52,187 nucleotides of DNA from an uncultured virus (IMG/VR IMGVR_UViG_3300009128_000001) (lineage: Duplodnaviria > Heunggongvirae > Uroviricota > Caudoviricetes), in the IMG/VR virus record IMGVR_UViG_3300009128_000001. One strand, given 5' to 3'. The position numbers and the translations under genes were made by a program. Position 1 is the first letter of the stretch. Each line of letters starts with the position of its first letter. Shown here one piece after another: positions 1 through 10,017 of this stretch. The notes under the pieces are model-generated. The model made no database searches, had not been told where the DNA came from, and worked only from the letters and a program-made list of their open reading frames with translations.

Positions 1-2151
1 TAAACCGTCTCCACCTGACGGAATCAATCCAGAATCAACTACTGTGCGACCATCTACAAAAAACTTCTCATCAGTGCCAAACATAGAAGACGATCCGACA
101 GCAACATTCCACGCCTCCTGTTGTGGATAAACAGTATAACCATCTAAAAACCAAAGATCACCATACCCATCGTCTGTTTGTAAGCCAGTCCATCCAGCAG
201 AAATAGGTGTAGAAACTTCCCACCTTTCAAGAACATCATTATAACGCAATCTACCAATGTTTTCAAACGGCAATACAGATGCTGCCGAACTACCATCATG
301 AGCCTCATAATAAGCTCCGGTACCAGCGAATTTGTCCTCTACTATAACGGTAATTGGATCAATCACTCCCGTCACTGTTAGTTTTCCGCCAATATTTACA
401 TCGCCGTCTACATTAAGCTGTTCTCCCCCAACTGGACCCATAACTGCAGTAGCGCCAATACCGATATAGCCACCATTTGTAAAGGCATCCAATAGAATGG
501 TTGCCTGATCTGTGCCGTCTATTAGAGTTAATGATTCTTGTGGTTGAGAATATGTCATCCTGGCATAACCATCTATACCAACCCACAGATCTCCCTGTAA
601 ATAAGTGTCGCCAACAACATGCAACTTCATCCCAGCGGTAGGCGTGGGAGTGCCTATTCCAACAGCATCTGTAACAGTGGTCAATCTTACAACTACGCCA
701 TCATCTGTCCAACCGCCAGCTGTTGCGGCGGAAAGTGGAATATATGGCGCTCCAGCATATGACACAGCTAAAGAATTCATTCCGGCATGATAAATCAACC
801 GTGCCTCAGGAGCTATCAAAGACGGAAACGCAAACTGACCATCGCCAAATTCTATATACCCTCCCGAAAATATCGTATCTTCTATACGCAAGCCGGACAT
901 TGGGCTGTCTATTCTTACTGTTTCAGGATTAATCGGATTTATAGGTCCAGGTGCGACAACTGTTCCAAAACCAATAGCAACGTAAGGAAGTGTAGACACA
1001 GTGTTAAGTGCTTGTATCTGTATTATACCTTGATTTAGGTTGTCATAAAATGTCAAATCTTCGCTGGACTGATCATAAAATATCCTAGCGGCACCAGTCA
1101 AACCTGCCGATAAATCACCAACAGCAACAGCATCTGTAGATGTTCCGACACTTAACCATCCATCTACAACAGAATCGCCAGCCACACGGAATTTCTCTCC
1201 AGCCCCAGACATTGCGGTATCGCCAACAACAACGTCATAGTCTGTGTCTAAAGGAAATACAACATCGTTAAACAAAAGCCATAGATCATACCCGTCATAT
1301 CCATCTCCTGGGGGCTGCCACGAAGCTATACCAGCGGCATCAGACGTCAACACAAATCCTGGAGAAGCCCCGTCTATCATCTGAAAGTGGCCATTGCCAG
1401 TTACAGCGGCGAGTAATGTTCCGACGGGATCTTCCCATCTAGTTAAATCGGCAGTAGCGGGTACGGCAGATATAATCCTCATTGGGGTCTGATCGGCAAC
1501 AATGCTCCAAAATATAGCTGAGCCATGATTAGCTCCAGAGGGGCTAATTCCAGGAAACACTATAAAATTACCGCCACCACCAATTGTAGAGCCATATCCC
1601 AAAGTGAAAATGGCATCACCGCCAGCATACCCGTCATAACCATCGCCAGGCGCAGTATTAACGAGAAAATCTAGCCCAGGGCCTTGATCCCACCTATTAG
1701 TAGTAATCACACAATCATTACCGACAGTAGCTAAAGCATGGTCCCACGTGTTGCCGCCAGCCTGATCTCCAAACACAGTATAAGCAGCAGTATTTTGAAC
1801 TGTATGCGGTGATGTACGCCTAGGCTCTAGCGCTATATATCCAGCCAAAATTCCTTCTGCAGGATCTGCTGGATGCTCCTCAATTTGCGCAAGATAACAA
1901 CCAATACCACCAAAACCAACCATCGGCCCAGATCTAGATATATTAGAAGCAACAGCCGATTGATTTTGAATCCCGGCCCCAAAGTCCACATCAAATGTTA
2001 CAGCAGGTAATCCAGTGCCAGCTTGAGCATTGACATAGATTTTGCTGTCCGCACTTTCGGAGCCGTCTATAATTACCCGCGTAGTTCCGTCATATCCATC
2101 GATAAGACGAATTTGTGGTATACTTCTACTATATATAAAACCATTAGCCAT
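1..2151 (-). CDS. Gly/Thr/Asp-rich fibre-like (putative virion structural) protein, >=717 aa, 3' end outside window
   Basis: Not in ORF track. Hand translation from ATG 2151 (MANGFIYSRSIPQIRLIDGYDG...) has no stop down to base 1. Contains GFVLTSDAAGIASW, GGWTDDGVVVRLTTVTDAVGIGTPTP and GKLTVTGVIDP...GRLRYND...WEVSTP modules; the latter two are shared with neighbouring genes. Confidence 0.8.
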   Translation of the reverse strand, partial: MANGFIYSRSIPQIRLIDGYDGTTRVIIDGSESADSKIYVNAQAGTGLPAVTFDVDFGAGIQNQSAVASNISRSGPMVGFGGIGCYLAQIEEHPADPAEGILAGYIALEPRRTSPHTVQNTAAYTVFGDQAGGNTWDHALATVGNDCVITTNRWDQGPGLDFLVNTAPGDGYDGYAGGDAIFTLGYGSTIGGGGNFIVFPGISPSGANHGSAIFWSIVADQTPMRIISAVPATADLTRWEDPVGTLLAAVTGNGHFQMIDGASPGFVLTSDAAGIASWQPPGDGYDGYDLWLLFNDVVFPLDTDYDVVVGDTAMSGAGEKFRVAGDSVVDGWLSVGTSTDAVAVGDLSAGLTGAARIFYDQSSEDLTFYDNLNQGIIQIQALNTVSTLPYVAIGFGTVVAPGPINPINPETVRIDSPMSGLRIEDTIFSGGYIEFGDGQFAFPSLIAPEARLIYHAGMNSLAVSYAGAPYIPLSAATAGGWTDDGVVVRLTTVTDAVGIGTPTPTAGMKLHVVGDTYLQGDLWVGIDGYARMTYSQPQESLTLIDGTDQATILLDAFTNGGYIGIGATAVMGPVGGEQLNVDGDVNIGGKLTVTGVIDPITVIVEDKFAGTGAYYEAHDGSSAASVLPFENIGRLRYNDVLERWEVSTPISAGWTGLQTDDGYGDLWFLDGYTVYPQQEAWNVAVGSSSMFGTDEKFFVDGRTVVDSGLIPSGGDGL

Positions 2152-2175
2152 TATTTTTTCTCACTGTATTATAGA

Positions 2176-3756
2176 TTAGCTTGGAGGAACTTTAACCTTT
2201 GTTGCTCTGACAAATGCCGTCCAAACAATGTCATTACCAACATCACCAGTACATTGGATATTTAACTCGTCCGCTCCGGTGTCATCAATATCTATGTCAC
2301 AATCCCAATTAGGATTATCTTCTGCCACAACTGTCTTACTAACCAGGCCAACAATCTGGGTTGCAACCGGAGTTCTTTCGCCGCAAAGCTCAAACTTATA
2401 TGCCGCAGAAAGGTGTGAAGCAAACGGACTAAATGCTCTGGCAACAACTTTTACTTCAAATAAATAGGTACTCAATTCGTCTAATGTAAAATACTCACCG
2501 GTACCATCTAAGAAAAGATCTACCGTTACTGCGCCACTGCTCCAATTTCTTAACACCAACATTGACGACTGTGACTCGCCCTCGTCAACCCAAATACCAT
2601 TTGACTGAGCAATCTCCCCGTAATTGTCGGCCTCAGCATTACGGCCTATGCAAACACCCATTTCTGCATTATTAGTGATATTATGGTTAAACCCAATTTC
2701 TATACCGCCATCTATAAGGGCACCGTCTCCCGGCTGTAATATTAGATTGCCGCCAATACCTGCGCCTCCTATATTAGTTTGTGCCTGAATTTCCAGCGGC
2801 CTAGCACGACCAACCGCATTTGTAGTATCCTGCGTAATAAGCGGAGTAGCTATTGTTTCTTCAAAATGAATTTGATCCAGGTTCACATAGATGCCGCTAG
2901 TACCTGCAAAAGCAGGAGATGCCGCCATAAATGGAATAGTATTATCTCCTACGACTAGTCCGTTAGTGGATGCTGTTACTGCCCAAGCAGGCATTGTGGG
3001 TATATTAGTATCGCCCAATGTTACAGCCGTGCCAACCCCATCATAACCAAGAAGACCAACATCAGTTATGCCAGTAGTAGACCTTATCCATCCAGCAGTC
3101 TGTAATCTTACAGCTCCTGTTGTAGCAGCTGTGCCTAGAGGGCCAAGAACTATAGAGTTAGATGCGCCAACATCACCAATAACATCAAATTTCACATTAG
3201 GAGTAACAGTACCAACACCAACAAAATCTGTAATAGTAGTCAATCTAACAACAAGGCCGTCATCTGTCCATCCACCACCAGATCCGGGACCGGGGCCAGG
3301 ACCAGGGCCATAACCATCATACCCGTCCAGAATATCATAATCTAGATCAACTATATCCGTAGGGGCCAACTGAAAACCAGCAATCAAACTGTTCCAGTAT
3401 AGCCTAACTCCGGGCACTATTTGATCAAGGGGAAGTGACGAGAGCCCTCCATCATTAGAAAAATAACAGTCTTCGCCTAAGTCAGCATCTCCAATAGAAG
3501 ACGAAATGCCATTAACAATAACTGTAACATACCTATCGCCAATTGGCTGTAGCGTTATATTAATGCCCGTATCTTGCCCATCAGCAGGAGCAGTAGCGAA
3601 TGGTATTAAATTTTTATCTTCTGCTGTTGGCGCCCCTCCACCACCAGTTAATGGGGCCACTCCTGGCTCCCACAAGCCTGTTGCGTCATTATATCTAATA
3701 ACATCTTGGTGGATAGCTCCACTTCTAGCAAATTGTTTAAGATCAACCTTTGTCAT
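2176..3756 (-). CDS. Fibre-like putative structural protein (526 aa)
   Basis: Gly/Thr-rich, GPGPGPGP linker, VGVGTVTP...FDVIGD motif typical of tail-fibre shafts; shares modules with the three other genes of the block. Confidence 0.7.
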   Translation of the reverse strand: MTKVDLKQFARSGAIHQDVIRYNDATGLWEPGVAPLTGGGGAPTAEDKNLIPFATAPADGQDTGINITLQPIGDRYVTVIVNGISSSIGDADLGEDCYFSNDGGLSSLPLDQIVPGVRLYWNSLIAGFQLAPTDIVDLDYDILDGYDGYGPGPGPGPGSGGGWTDDGLVVRLTTITDFVGVGTVTPNVKFDVIGDVGASNSIVLGPLGTAATTGAVRLQTAGWIRSTTGITDVGLLGYDGVGTAVTLGDTNIPTMPAWAVTASTNGLVVGDNTIPFMAASPAFAGTSGIYVNLDQIHFEETIATPLITQDTTNAVGRARPLEIQAQTNIGGAGIGGNLILQPGDGALIDGGIEIGFNHNITNNAEMGVCIGRNAEADNYGEIAQSNGIWVDEGESQSSMLVLRNWSSGAVTVDLFLDGTGEYFTLDELSTYLFEVKVVARAFSPFASHLSAAYKFELCGERTPVATQIVGLVSKTVVAEDNPNWDCDIDIDDTGADELNIQCTGDVGNDIVWTAFVRATKVKVPPS

Positions 3757-3794
3757 GATTTTAACCTGTTATTCTCGTTATAAAACCTTACTTA

Positions 3795-6700
3795 CTACTT
3801 TTTACAGCATGTTTGATGCATTGGGACGGTTTTGGTAATACGACGCCCCTCTGTATCATCTTCCACTTGAATTACCTTCAATGCCAATTCTTCATCTACC
3901 TGGAACTCTCCTCCACAAATTGGACAAGCCCTATCATCAAATGCCAAGTCACCAGATGTAACGGTAACAGCGCGAACTAAATCAAATCTATTCGCGGCAG
4001 TGCCCACACTACCATTTCCATCATTTGCTGGGATAAATTCGCTAGCATCGTTCAGTATTACTTGGCCATCAGTAATGGACAATTCATTCGTACTATCTAT
4101 TTGTAAGAAAATGCTATGACCGCTGGAAGTAGCAACATACAAATCGTCAATTCCCAACGAACTATCTTCACCAATCCATAAATCATCACCGCCATCCATG
4201 TGAAGGGCCTGAATAGTAACGCCACTACTCTGCTCCTGAATAGAAATTCCATTATTTGCCCCTTGAGACAAACGAACCGCGCCAGATGTTGCGGGATTAT
4301 TTCCAAATGCAACATGACTATTAAAAGAGCCAGAAAGAAACTGATTAGCATTCGTACCGATTTCCCCCATAGGACCTACAACCGGAATGAAATCAAAATT
4401 TCCATTCATTATGAAATTATTATCATTTCTGAACACATAAAGAGTCGCTCCGGCGCTATTTTGAATCTCTATATCACCATCGTTAGATCCTCCATCAGTC
4501 TGCCTAAGAGCTAAAAGACCGCCAGTAGACCCTCCTGCCGGAGCATCTTGGGCATGTATAGTAAGTTCCTCTCCCAGCCAACTAAAATTAGGAGTTGCTT
4601 CCTGCCCAATATCCGGGCCAAGTGCTGAAACATCAAATTGCCAAACATTTACACTAGCTGTCGTAGGCTCTAAAATATCACCAGTTCTTGTCCACTCGCC
4701 ACCAGCACCCGTTGCAAGCCCAATCCATCCACCAGTACTTGGTGTAGAAACCTCCCAATCCTGACTATCATCGTTGTACCGAAGTCTACCAAAGTCACTG
4801 CCGCCACCAACAGCAGCAACATCATAACCGTCATAATTCTGCAGATAAGCATCAGCATCACCAGATTCACCAGTTGCTACGTAACTACTGAAGTTTGCAC
4901 TATTAAACTTAGCCGCTACAGTGCCTACCTGACCCTGCTTGTTCGTTGCTGGTGCGAAAGTGTAATTTCCCTCCATTGTCAGAGATCCATTAACCTCAAA
5001 AGTATAAAGATCACCACCACCGGGGCTTTGTACCTTAACTACACCACTGGTACCACCCCCAAGTCCCTGACGAAGAAGAACATCGCCACCTGTGCCAGCT
5101 CCGGCGTTTGCTACACCCCCCCGAACAATAACGTCACCACCAGTCTCGCCACCAGTGAACCATGTGCTGGACCCACCATCAAGATATAGCGTTCCACCAG
5201 TATCATTCGATCCGGTCATACTCTGAGCGCGTATGTACAGCTCCTCACCAGTTCCACTAGAGCTAGATTCTTGAGTAATTATAGGAGTTAGCGCAGTCGT
5301 ATCAAAACGCCAAATATTTACACTTGTAGTAGTGGGTTCAAGAATATCTCCGGCTCTAGTCCATTCGCCACCAACACCAGTAGTAAGTGTTACCCAACCG
5401 CCAGTAGTTGGGGTTGAAACTTCCCAATCGTTAGTAGAATCATTATATCTCATTCTACCAAAATCATCACCGCCACCTACCGCCGAGGCTGTAGATCCGT
5501 CAAAATTCTGTAGATAAGCATTAGTGTTTCCAGAAATACCTGTTGCTACATAAACGCCTAAATTAGCATTGTTAAATTTATATGTCGGAGTTCCGATCTG
5601 CCCCTGATTAGTTGTAGCTGGGCGGAAATCAGCATCAGTATCCATCCTCAAGTCGCCATCGGCCAAAAATGTGTAATAGTCGTCTCCATTAAATCTTTCG
5701 ATTCTTATAATGCCACTTGTGTCACCACCGCCCATGTGAAGCGTAATATCACCACCTGTGCCTGCACTAGGAACGGCATCACCACCACGAATAAATACAT
5801 CTCCACCAACATTAGTTCCAGATGCATTTGTGCTATCACCGCCACGCAAAGTAAGCAGACCACCTGTCGCCGTAACCCCAGTCATGTCCTGAGCATGAAC
5901 TGTAAGCTCATCGGCACCTCCAGTTGTGCCGTCCGCCTGACGAATAATAGGAGGATCGGAAGGAGAGTCTCCAAACTCCCAAGTATCTACAGTCCCTGTT
6001 GTTGGCTCAAGAACATCTAATGTCCTTGTCCATTCCCCACCAGCACCAGTTGCAAGTGCCTGCCAAGCACCTCCCGGATATGCAACCTCAAATTGTCCGG
6101 CGCCATCATTATACCTAAATCTTCCAAAAATATCACCACCGCCTGGGGGGCTAACCACTGATCCGTCATACATTTGTAAATACGCGCCAGAACCAGCCCC
6201 TTTATCCTCAATAATAACAGCTATGGGATCTAAATATCCATCAACTGTAAGCTTTCCTGGCACATAAACTTCATTATCGCCGGCATCAAGAACAATCTGG
6301 CCGTCACTTCCAGTTCCAGCTCCGCGGCCAGACACTATATGCAACTCACCGCCATTATGATTGCCGGGGCCCGTAGCATCTTGTGCAATTACATGGAATT
6401 CAGCACCAGCAGTACTTACAGGGGCCGCAGACTGTCCTAGTCGAACACCACTAGTAAAGGCCGGATCAAATCTAAGAACACCAGTTGTAGCGGACGCATC
6501 AAATGTGGCTGTGTCTATTGTGTTTATATTTATCTGAACAACGCCGTTTGCTCCAGAACCAGCTCCAGCGCCAGCCTGTACAATAACATCTCCTCCATCA
6601 CCAGTAACTGCTCCACCCGCAGTTCCACCAATTAATTGAAGATCTCCCCCGTCAAGATTGTCAAATCCCCGCTGGGCTTGAATAGTAAATCGAGCGCCAT

Positions 6701-9188
6701 TAGCACTCGGATCTTGTTCTTGAGTAATTGTAACGGTTGATAAAGTTTCGCCAAATGTCACGTTACCGAACGCGCCAGTATTGTCCATGGTAACAAACAT
6801 ATTGGAACCAGCATTTACTATTATCTCTCCAGGCTCTCCAATTCCAGGTATTCCAGATGTAAGTATAAGATCTCCACCATGACCACCCGACCCTGGGCCA
6901 CCATCCTGAGCATGAATCTCAAACGGAGCGCCAGGATTAGCGTCAATCTGATCAGTTTGAGTAATAAGAACACCACTAGTCAAAGCAATATCAAAATAAA
7001 AATCGCCACGATCATAAGTTGGAGTTAGAGACCCTATATTAGCAATATCGACAGACCCCGACTTAAATGATATAAGTCCATTCCACCCGCCAACTCCAGC
7101 GCCTTCAGCACCACTCTGTAATATGACACTACCACCATCATTAGTGTCGTATCCATCTCCAGCAAAAAGGAACAAAGATCCGCCATCACCACCAGCGGGA
7201 GCGGCTGAGTTCTGAGCCGCAATTCTCATATGACCGGCAGGACCAGCAACTTCATCGCCCTGATCTATTACAACAAGAGATCTGTCAGAATCAAACTGAA
7301 TGCCTGTCCAATCCATAGTCAATAGGGGCATTGTGCCAATTTGTACATTTACTGTACCAGCAACCGGATTTCCAGTTCCAGTAACAATATTAATCTCTCC
7401 ACCATCAGTTGCTACCGCTGAATTGCCGCCCCATATTCCTACAGCGCCACCAGTGTTTGCATCTGCGCCACCAACAAGCACACTACCACCAACTGCACCA
7501 CCGCCACCAACAATAGTTACACGGCCGCCAGTCCCAGTTGTAGCTCCGCCAGTTCCACCATGTAATTCTAGATCCCCGCCATCACCGTTGACATCATTTG
7601 TGGCCTGAGCGTGGATTTCAAAAGCAACACCGTCCCCAGCTCCTGAGTGAGTATCCTGAATAATTTGTGGTGCAGTTACGGGGTGCTCAAACATCAAAGT
7701 ACCACCAATAGACACACCGCCATCGGCCCTAAATACCTCGCCCCCATACATATCAACATTATTGATAACAACTTTAGGGTAATCTGGATAAAGCCGATCC
7801 ACATTTAGGTTCCAATATCCATCTCCAGCTGGACCGCCTCCTCCAATAGGTTGCCACGGCCCTCCCGGATACGCCACCTCAAATCTAGATAAAGCATCAT
7901 GATATCTCATCCGACCAAAAGTATCACCAATACCAGGGGCAGACACATTGCTGCCATCATGAATTTCCAAATAAGCATCAGTGCCAAGAGTTTTATCCTG
8001 AATAATAACAGAAATAGGATCGAGCGCTCCATCCACAGTTAATTTGCCAGGAATATAAACTACCCCATCTTCACCAGTGCCATCTCCCTGGCCTGCAACA
8101 AGAATAATACTACCACCATAACCATCTGTACCAGTAACGCCATCATCCGCCACAATTTCAATATCTGGGCCGTCATTTACACTTCTTGCTTCAGTTCCAA
8201 TTCTCAAATTTTCATCACGACACAACAGCCCATAATCATAAGGGTTCGTGCCGGTAGCATCTCCCACAATATAGAACGCCGATAATGTCGAGGCTGTATT
8301 GGTATTAAAAGGTGTTTTTGCCGTATAAGCCGCAGCCCTTACTTCCGGGCCGTCACCACCGGCAGTAGAATACATTCCAGGGGTCGCTGCATAACATCCA
8401 TATAATTTGTCGCCAAGAATTACGGCATTTCTGGTATACGTGGCATCAACAGAAAAACAATCATCTATATCCCCAAGCCCACAATCAACAGTTAAGGCAT
8501 TTGTGCCAGCACCAATAAAACCGGGATCAATATCCATTCTTACATCAAAATCTGCAAGGAAATAATTTATAGATGCGGCCAGAACTGCACCACTATAAAT
8601 TGTAACGGGGCCACCCCAAGAAGGACTTTCACCACCACGAAGTCTTAATTCCCCACCAGTAGTAGCCGGGTCTCTTGATGTTTGTGCTTCAATCTCAAAT
8701 AAATTACCATTGCCTGGACTATCACTATCCTCCTGTCCCATCCAAACATTATCATGCGGAGCAAATTCTTGAAATATCTCAGGAACTGTAGCGTCATAGC
8801 CAATTGCGGCAACACTGATCTCCGTAGTAACATCAGTATGACCTACAGAAAACCTAACATCTCCGTGCTCGCCTCCTCCGGCAGCACTTAAACCACTAGA
8901 TAACACCAAGTCGCCACCATCAGCTCCGACCTGTGTTGTCCCTTGAGCTTGAATTAAAAAGTTGTTTCCATCACCTACGAGAGCCGGGATCTGCGCCAGG
9001 GCTGCTTGTTGGTTCATATTGAATAATACCAATACAGTATATCCGTCATATCCATCACCGACGCCGGTAATTTCATCAAAAAACCTTATTGAGTTGAATG
9101 ATGTCCAATTATCGGTACCATAACGGATTACTCCACCGGTTATAGCATCTGACTGAAACAATTGCTTTAAATGTACTTTGCCGCTCAT
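3795..9188 (-). CDS. Giant Gly-rich repetitive fibre-like protein (1797 aa) with C-terminal CxxC...HxxCC segment
   Basis: Many repeats of I-x-Q...I-x-AQ...GG-x-L-x-L-x-(S/G)G, four AYL...DG...FGRxRYxD...(F/W)EV units and three GGEWTR...LEPTT units. Confidence 0.75.
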   Translation of the reverse strand: MSGKVHLKQLFQSDAITGGVIRYGTDNWTSFNSIRFFDEITGVGDGYDGYTVLVLFNMNQQAALAQIPALVGDGNNFLIQAQGTTQVGADGGDLVLSSGLSAAGGGEHGDVRFSVGHTDVTTEISVAAIGYDATVPEIFQEFAPHDNVWMGQEDSDSPGNGNLFEIEAQTSRDPATTGGELRLRGGESPSWGGPVTIYSGAVLAASINYFLADFDVRMDIDPGFIGAGTNALTVDCGLGDIDDCFSVDATYTRNAVILGDKLYGCYAATPGMYSTAGGDGPEVRAAAYTAKTPFNTNTASTLSAFYIVGDATGTNPYDYGLLCRDENLRIGTEARSVNDGPDIEIVADDGVTGTDGYGGSIILVAGQGDGTGEDGVVYIPGKLTVDGALDPISVIIQDKTLGTDAYLEIHDGSNVSAPGIGDTFGRMRYHDALSRFEVAYPGGPWQPIGGGGPAGDGYWNLNVDRLYPDYPKVVINNVDMYGGEVFRADGGVSIGGTLMFEHPVTAPQIIQDTHSGAGDGVAFEIHAQATNDVNGDGGDLELHGGTGGATTGTGGRVTIVGGGGAVGGSVLVGGADANTGGAVGIWGGNSAVATDGGEINIVTGTGNPVAGTVNVQIGTMPLLTMDWTGIQFDSDRSLVVIDQGDEVAGPAGHMRIAAQNSAAPAGGDGGSLFLFAGDGYDTNDGGSVILQSGAEGAGVGGWNGLISFKSGSVDIANIGSLTPTYDRGDFYFDIALTSGVLITQTDQIDANPGAPFEIHAQDGGPGSGGHGGDLILTSGIPGIGEPGEIIVNAGSNMFVTMDNTGAFGNVTFGETLSTVTITQEQDPSANGARFTIQAQRGFDNLDGGDLQLIGGTAGGAVTGDGGDVIVQAGAGAGSGANGVVQININTIDTATFDASATTGVLRFDPAFTSGVRLGQSAAPVSTAGAEFHVIAQDATGPGNHNGGELHIVSGRGAGTGSDGQIVLDAGDNEVYVPGKLTVDGYLDPIAVIIEDKGAGSGAYLQMYDGSVVSPPGGGDIFGRFRYNDGAGQFEVAYPGGAWQALATGAGGEWTRTLDVLEPTTGTVDTWEFGDSPSDPPIIRQADGTTGGADELTVHAQDMTGVTATGGLLTLRGGDSTNASGTNVGGDVFIRGGDAVPSAGTGGDITLHMGGGDTSGIIRIERFNGDDYYTFLADGDLRMDTDADFRPATTNQGQIGTPTYKFNNANLGVYVATGISGNTNAYLQNFDGSTASAVGGGDDFGRMRYNDSTNDWEVSTPTTGGWVTLTTGVGGEWTRAGDILEPTTTSVNIWRFDTTALTPIITQESSSSGTGEELYIRAQSMTGSNDTGGTLYLDGGSSTWFTGGETGGDVIVRGGVANAGAGTGGDVLLRQGLGGGTSGVVKVQSPGGGDLYTFEVNGSLTMEGNYTFAPATNKQGQVGTVAAKFNSANFSSYVATGESGDADAYLQNYDGYDVAAVGGGSDFGRLRYNDDSQDWEVSTPSTGGWIGLATGAGGEWTRTGDILEPTTASVNVWQFDVSALGPDIGQEATPNFSWLGEELTIHAQDAPAGGSTGGLLALRQTDGGSNDGDIEIQNSAGATLYVFRNDNNFIMNGNFDFIPVVGPMGEIGTNANQFLSGSFNSHVAFGNNPATSGAVRLSQGANNGISIQEQSSGVTIQALHMDGGDDLWIGEDSSLGIDDLYVATSSGHSIFLQIDSTNELSITDGQVILNDASEFIPANDGNGSVGTAANRFDLVRAVTVTSGDLAFDDRACPICGGEFQVDEELALKVIQVEDDTEGRRITKTVPMHQTCCKK

Positions 9189-9208
9189 ATCTATCCTATG
9201 TCATTGAT

Positions 9209-9769
9209 TTAGACATCATAATCAAGGTCAATAATATCTGTTGGAGCTAAATGTATGTTAGATATAGTGCTATTCCATATTAACTGATCTCCAGCCTTAA
9301 TTTTAGAAATCGCTCTAGGAGTTACTCCGCCATTACGTGAAAAATAACAATCTTTAGTTTTTACGCCATTTCCTAAAATATTAGATATTCCATTTACCGT
9401 AACAGTAACATATCTATGTGTACCGACTGGAGTTTGTGATATTGTTATACCAGTAGGAGCCTCATCGCCCACAGTGGCTAATGGGCTTAATTCTTTGTCG
9501 TGGCTCGTAGGTGTGCCGCCTACCTGTCCTCCCCCACTAAGCTCCTTAACCTTTTTTATTAGCCAATTTAAAAGCCATGTCATAGCATCTAACCTAGCTC
9601 GTACGGTGCCATATGTACCGCTAGGATCTACACCTAATTCAGACTCAACAGCTAAAATCGCATCACGCAACCTATTTGTAACCTCAGCTTTAACTGGAGT
9701 CACGTTATCAATAGTTGGCGGTAATTGTGTGGAGCCGTCTATTTTCCCTGGATATACACTGTATCCCAT
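9209..9769 (-). CDS. Fibre-associated/adaptor structural protein (likely start MGYSVYPG at 9769; ORF track starts 9868)
   Basis: N-terminal YP..ID...LP...DN...NRLRDAILAVESELG..PSG..GTVRARL resembles phage fibre anchor segments; C-terminal ~95 aa is homologous to residues ~45-142 of 2176..3756. Confidence 0.65.
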   Translation of the reverse strand: MGYSVYPGKIDGSTQLPPTIDNVTPVKAEVTNRLRDAILAVESELGVDPSGTYGTVRARLDAMTWLLNWLIKKVKELSGGGQVGGTPTSHDKELSPLATVGDEAPTGITISQTPVGTHRYVTVTVNGISNILGNGVKTKDCYFSRNGGVTPRAISKIKAGDQLIWNSTISNIHLAPTDIIDLDYDV

Positions 9770-9884
9770 ATTATAAAGTCCCTGTAAAAGTCTATTACAT
9801 TCCGGTTTTTGCGCACTTAATACAAGCTCAAAAATATGTTCAAATATGCCTGTAAAATCAAAAGACATTAATAAAGCGGCGCAC

Positions 9885-9924
9885 CAAAAACAAAAAGGCC
9901 CAATAGCTTATCGCCATTGAGCCT
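9885..9924 (-). terminator. Intrinsic terminator 2
   Basis: Minus-strand RNA AGGCUCAAUGGC-GAUAA-GCUAUUGGGCCU (12 bp with two G-U pairs that only pair on this strand) followed by UUUUGUUUUU. Confidence 0.75.
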
Positions 9925-9940
9925 ATTCATAAGACACAAA

Positions 9941-9983
9941 CAAAAAATAAAAACCCGACAACTTAACGTTGCCGGGTTTTATT
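9941..9983 (-). terminator. Intrinsic terminator 1
   Basis: Minus-strand AAAACCCGGCAAC-GUUAA-GUUGUCGGGUUUU then UAUUUUUUG, about 35 nt after the stop of 10018..10353. Confidence 0.85.
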
Positions 9984-10017
9984 GATTTACTTCAGCGTAA
10001 ATTAATTTGCTAGTTCT

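Noticed and set aside
1..9200. Visibly higher GC of the structural block as a sign of foreign origin
   Set aside because: Explained by Gly/Ala/Pro/Thr-rich proteins; third positions remain largely A/T.
605..9776. Plus-strand and alternate-frame ORFs in the structural block (e.g. 605..790, 3068..3313, 7300..7608, 9474..9776)
   Set aside because: They are antisense or frame shadows of long Gly-rich minus-strand genes; their Pro/Thr/Val richness mirrors Gly codons.
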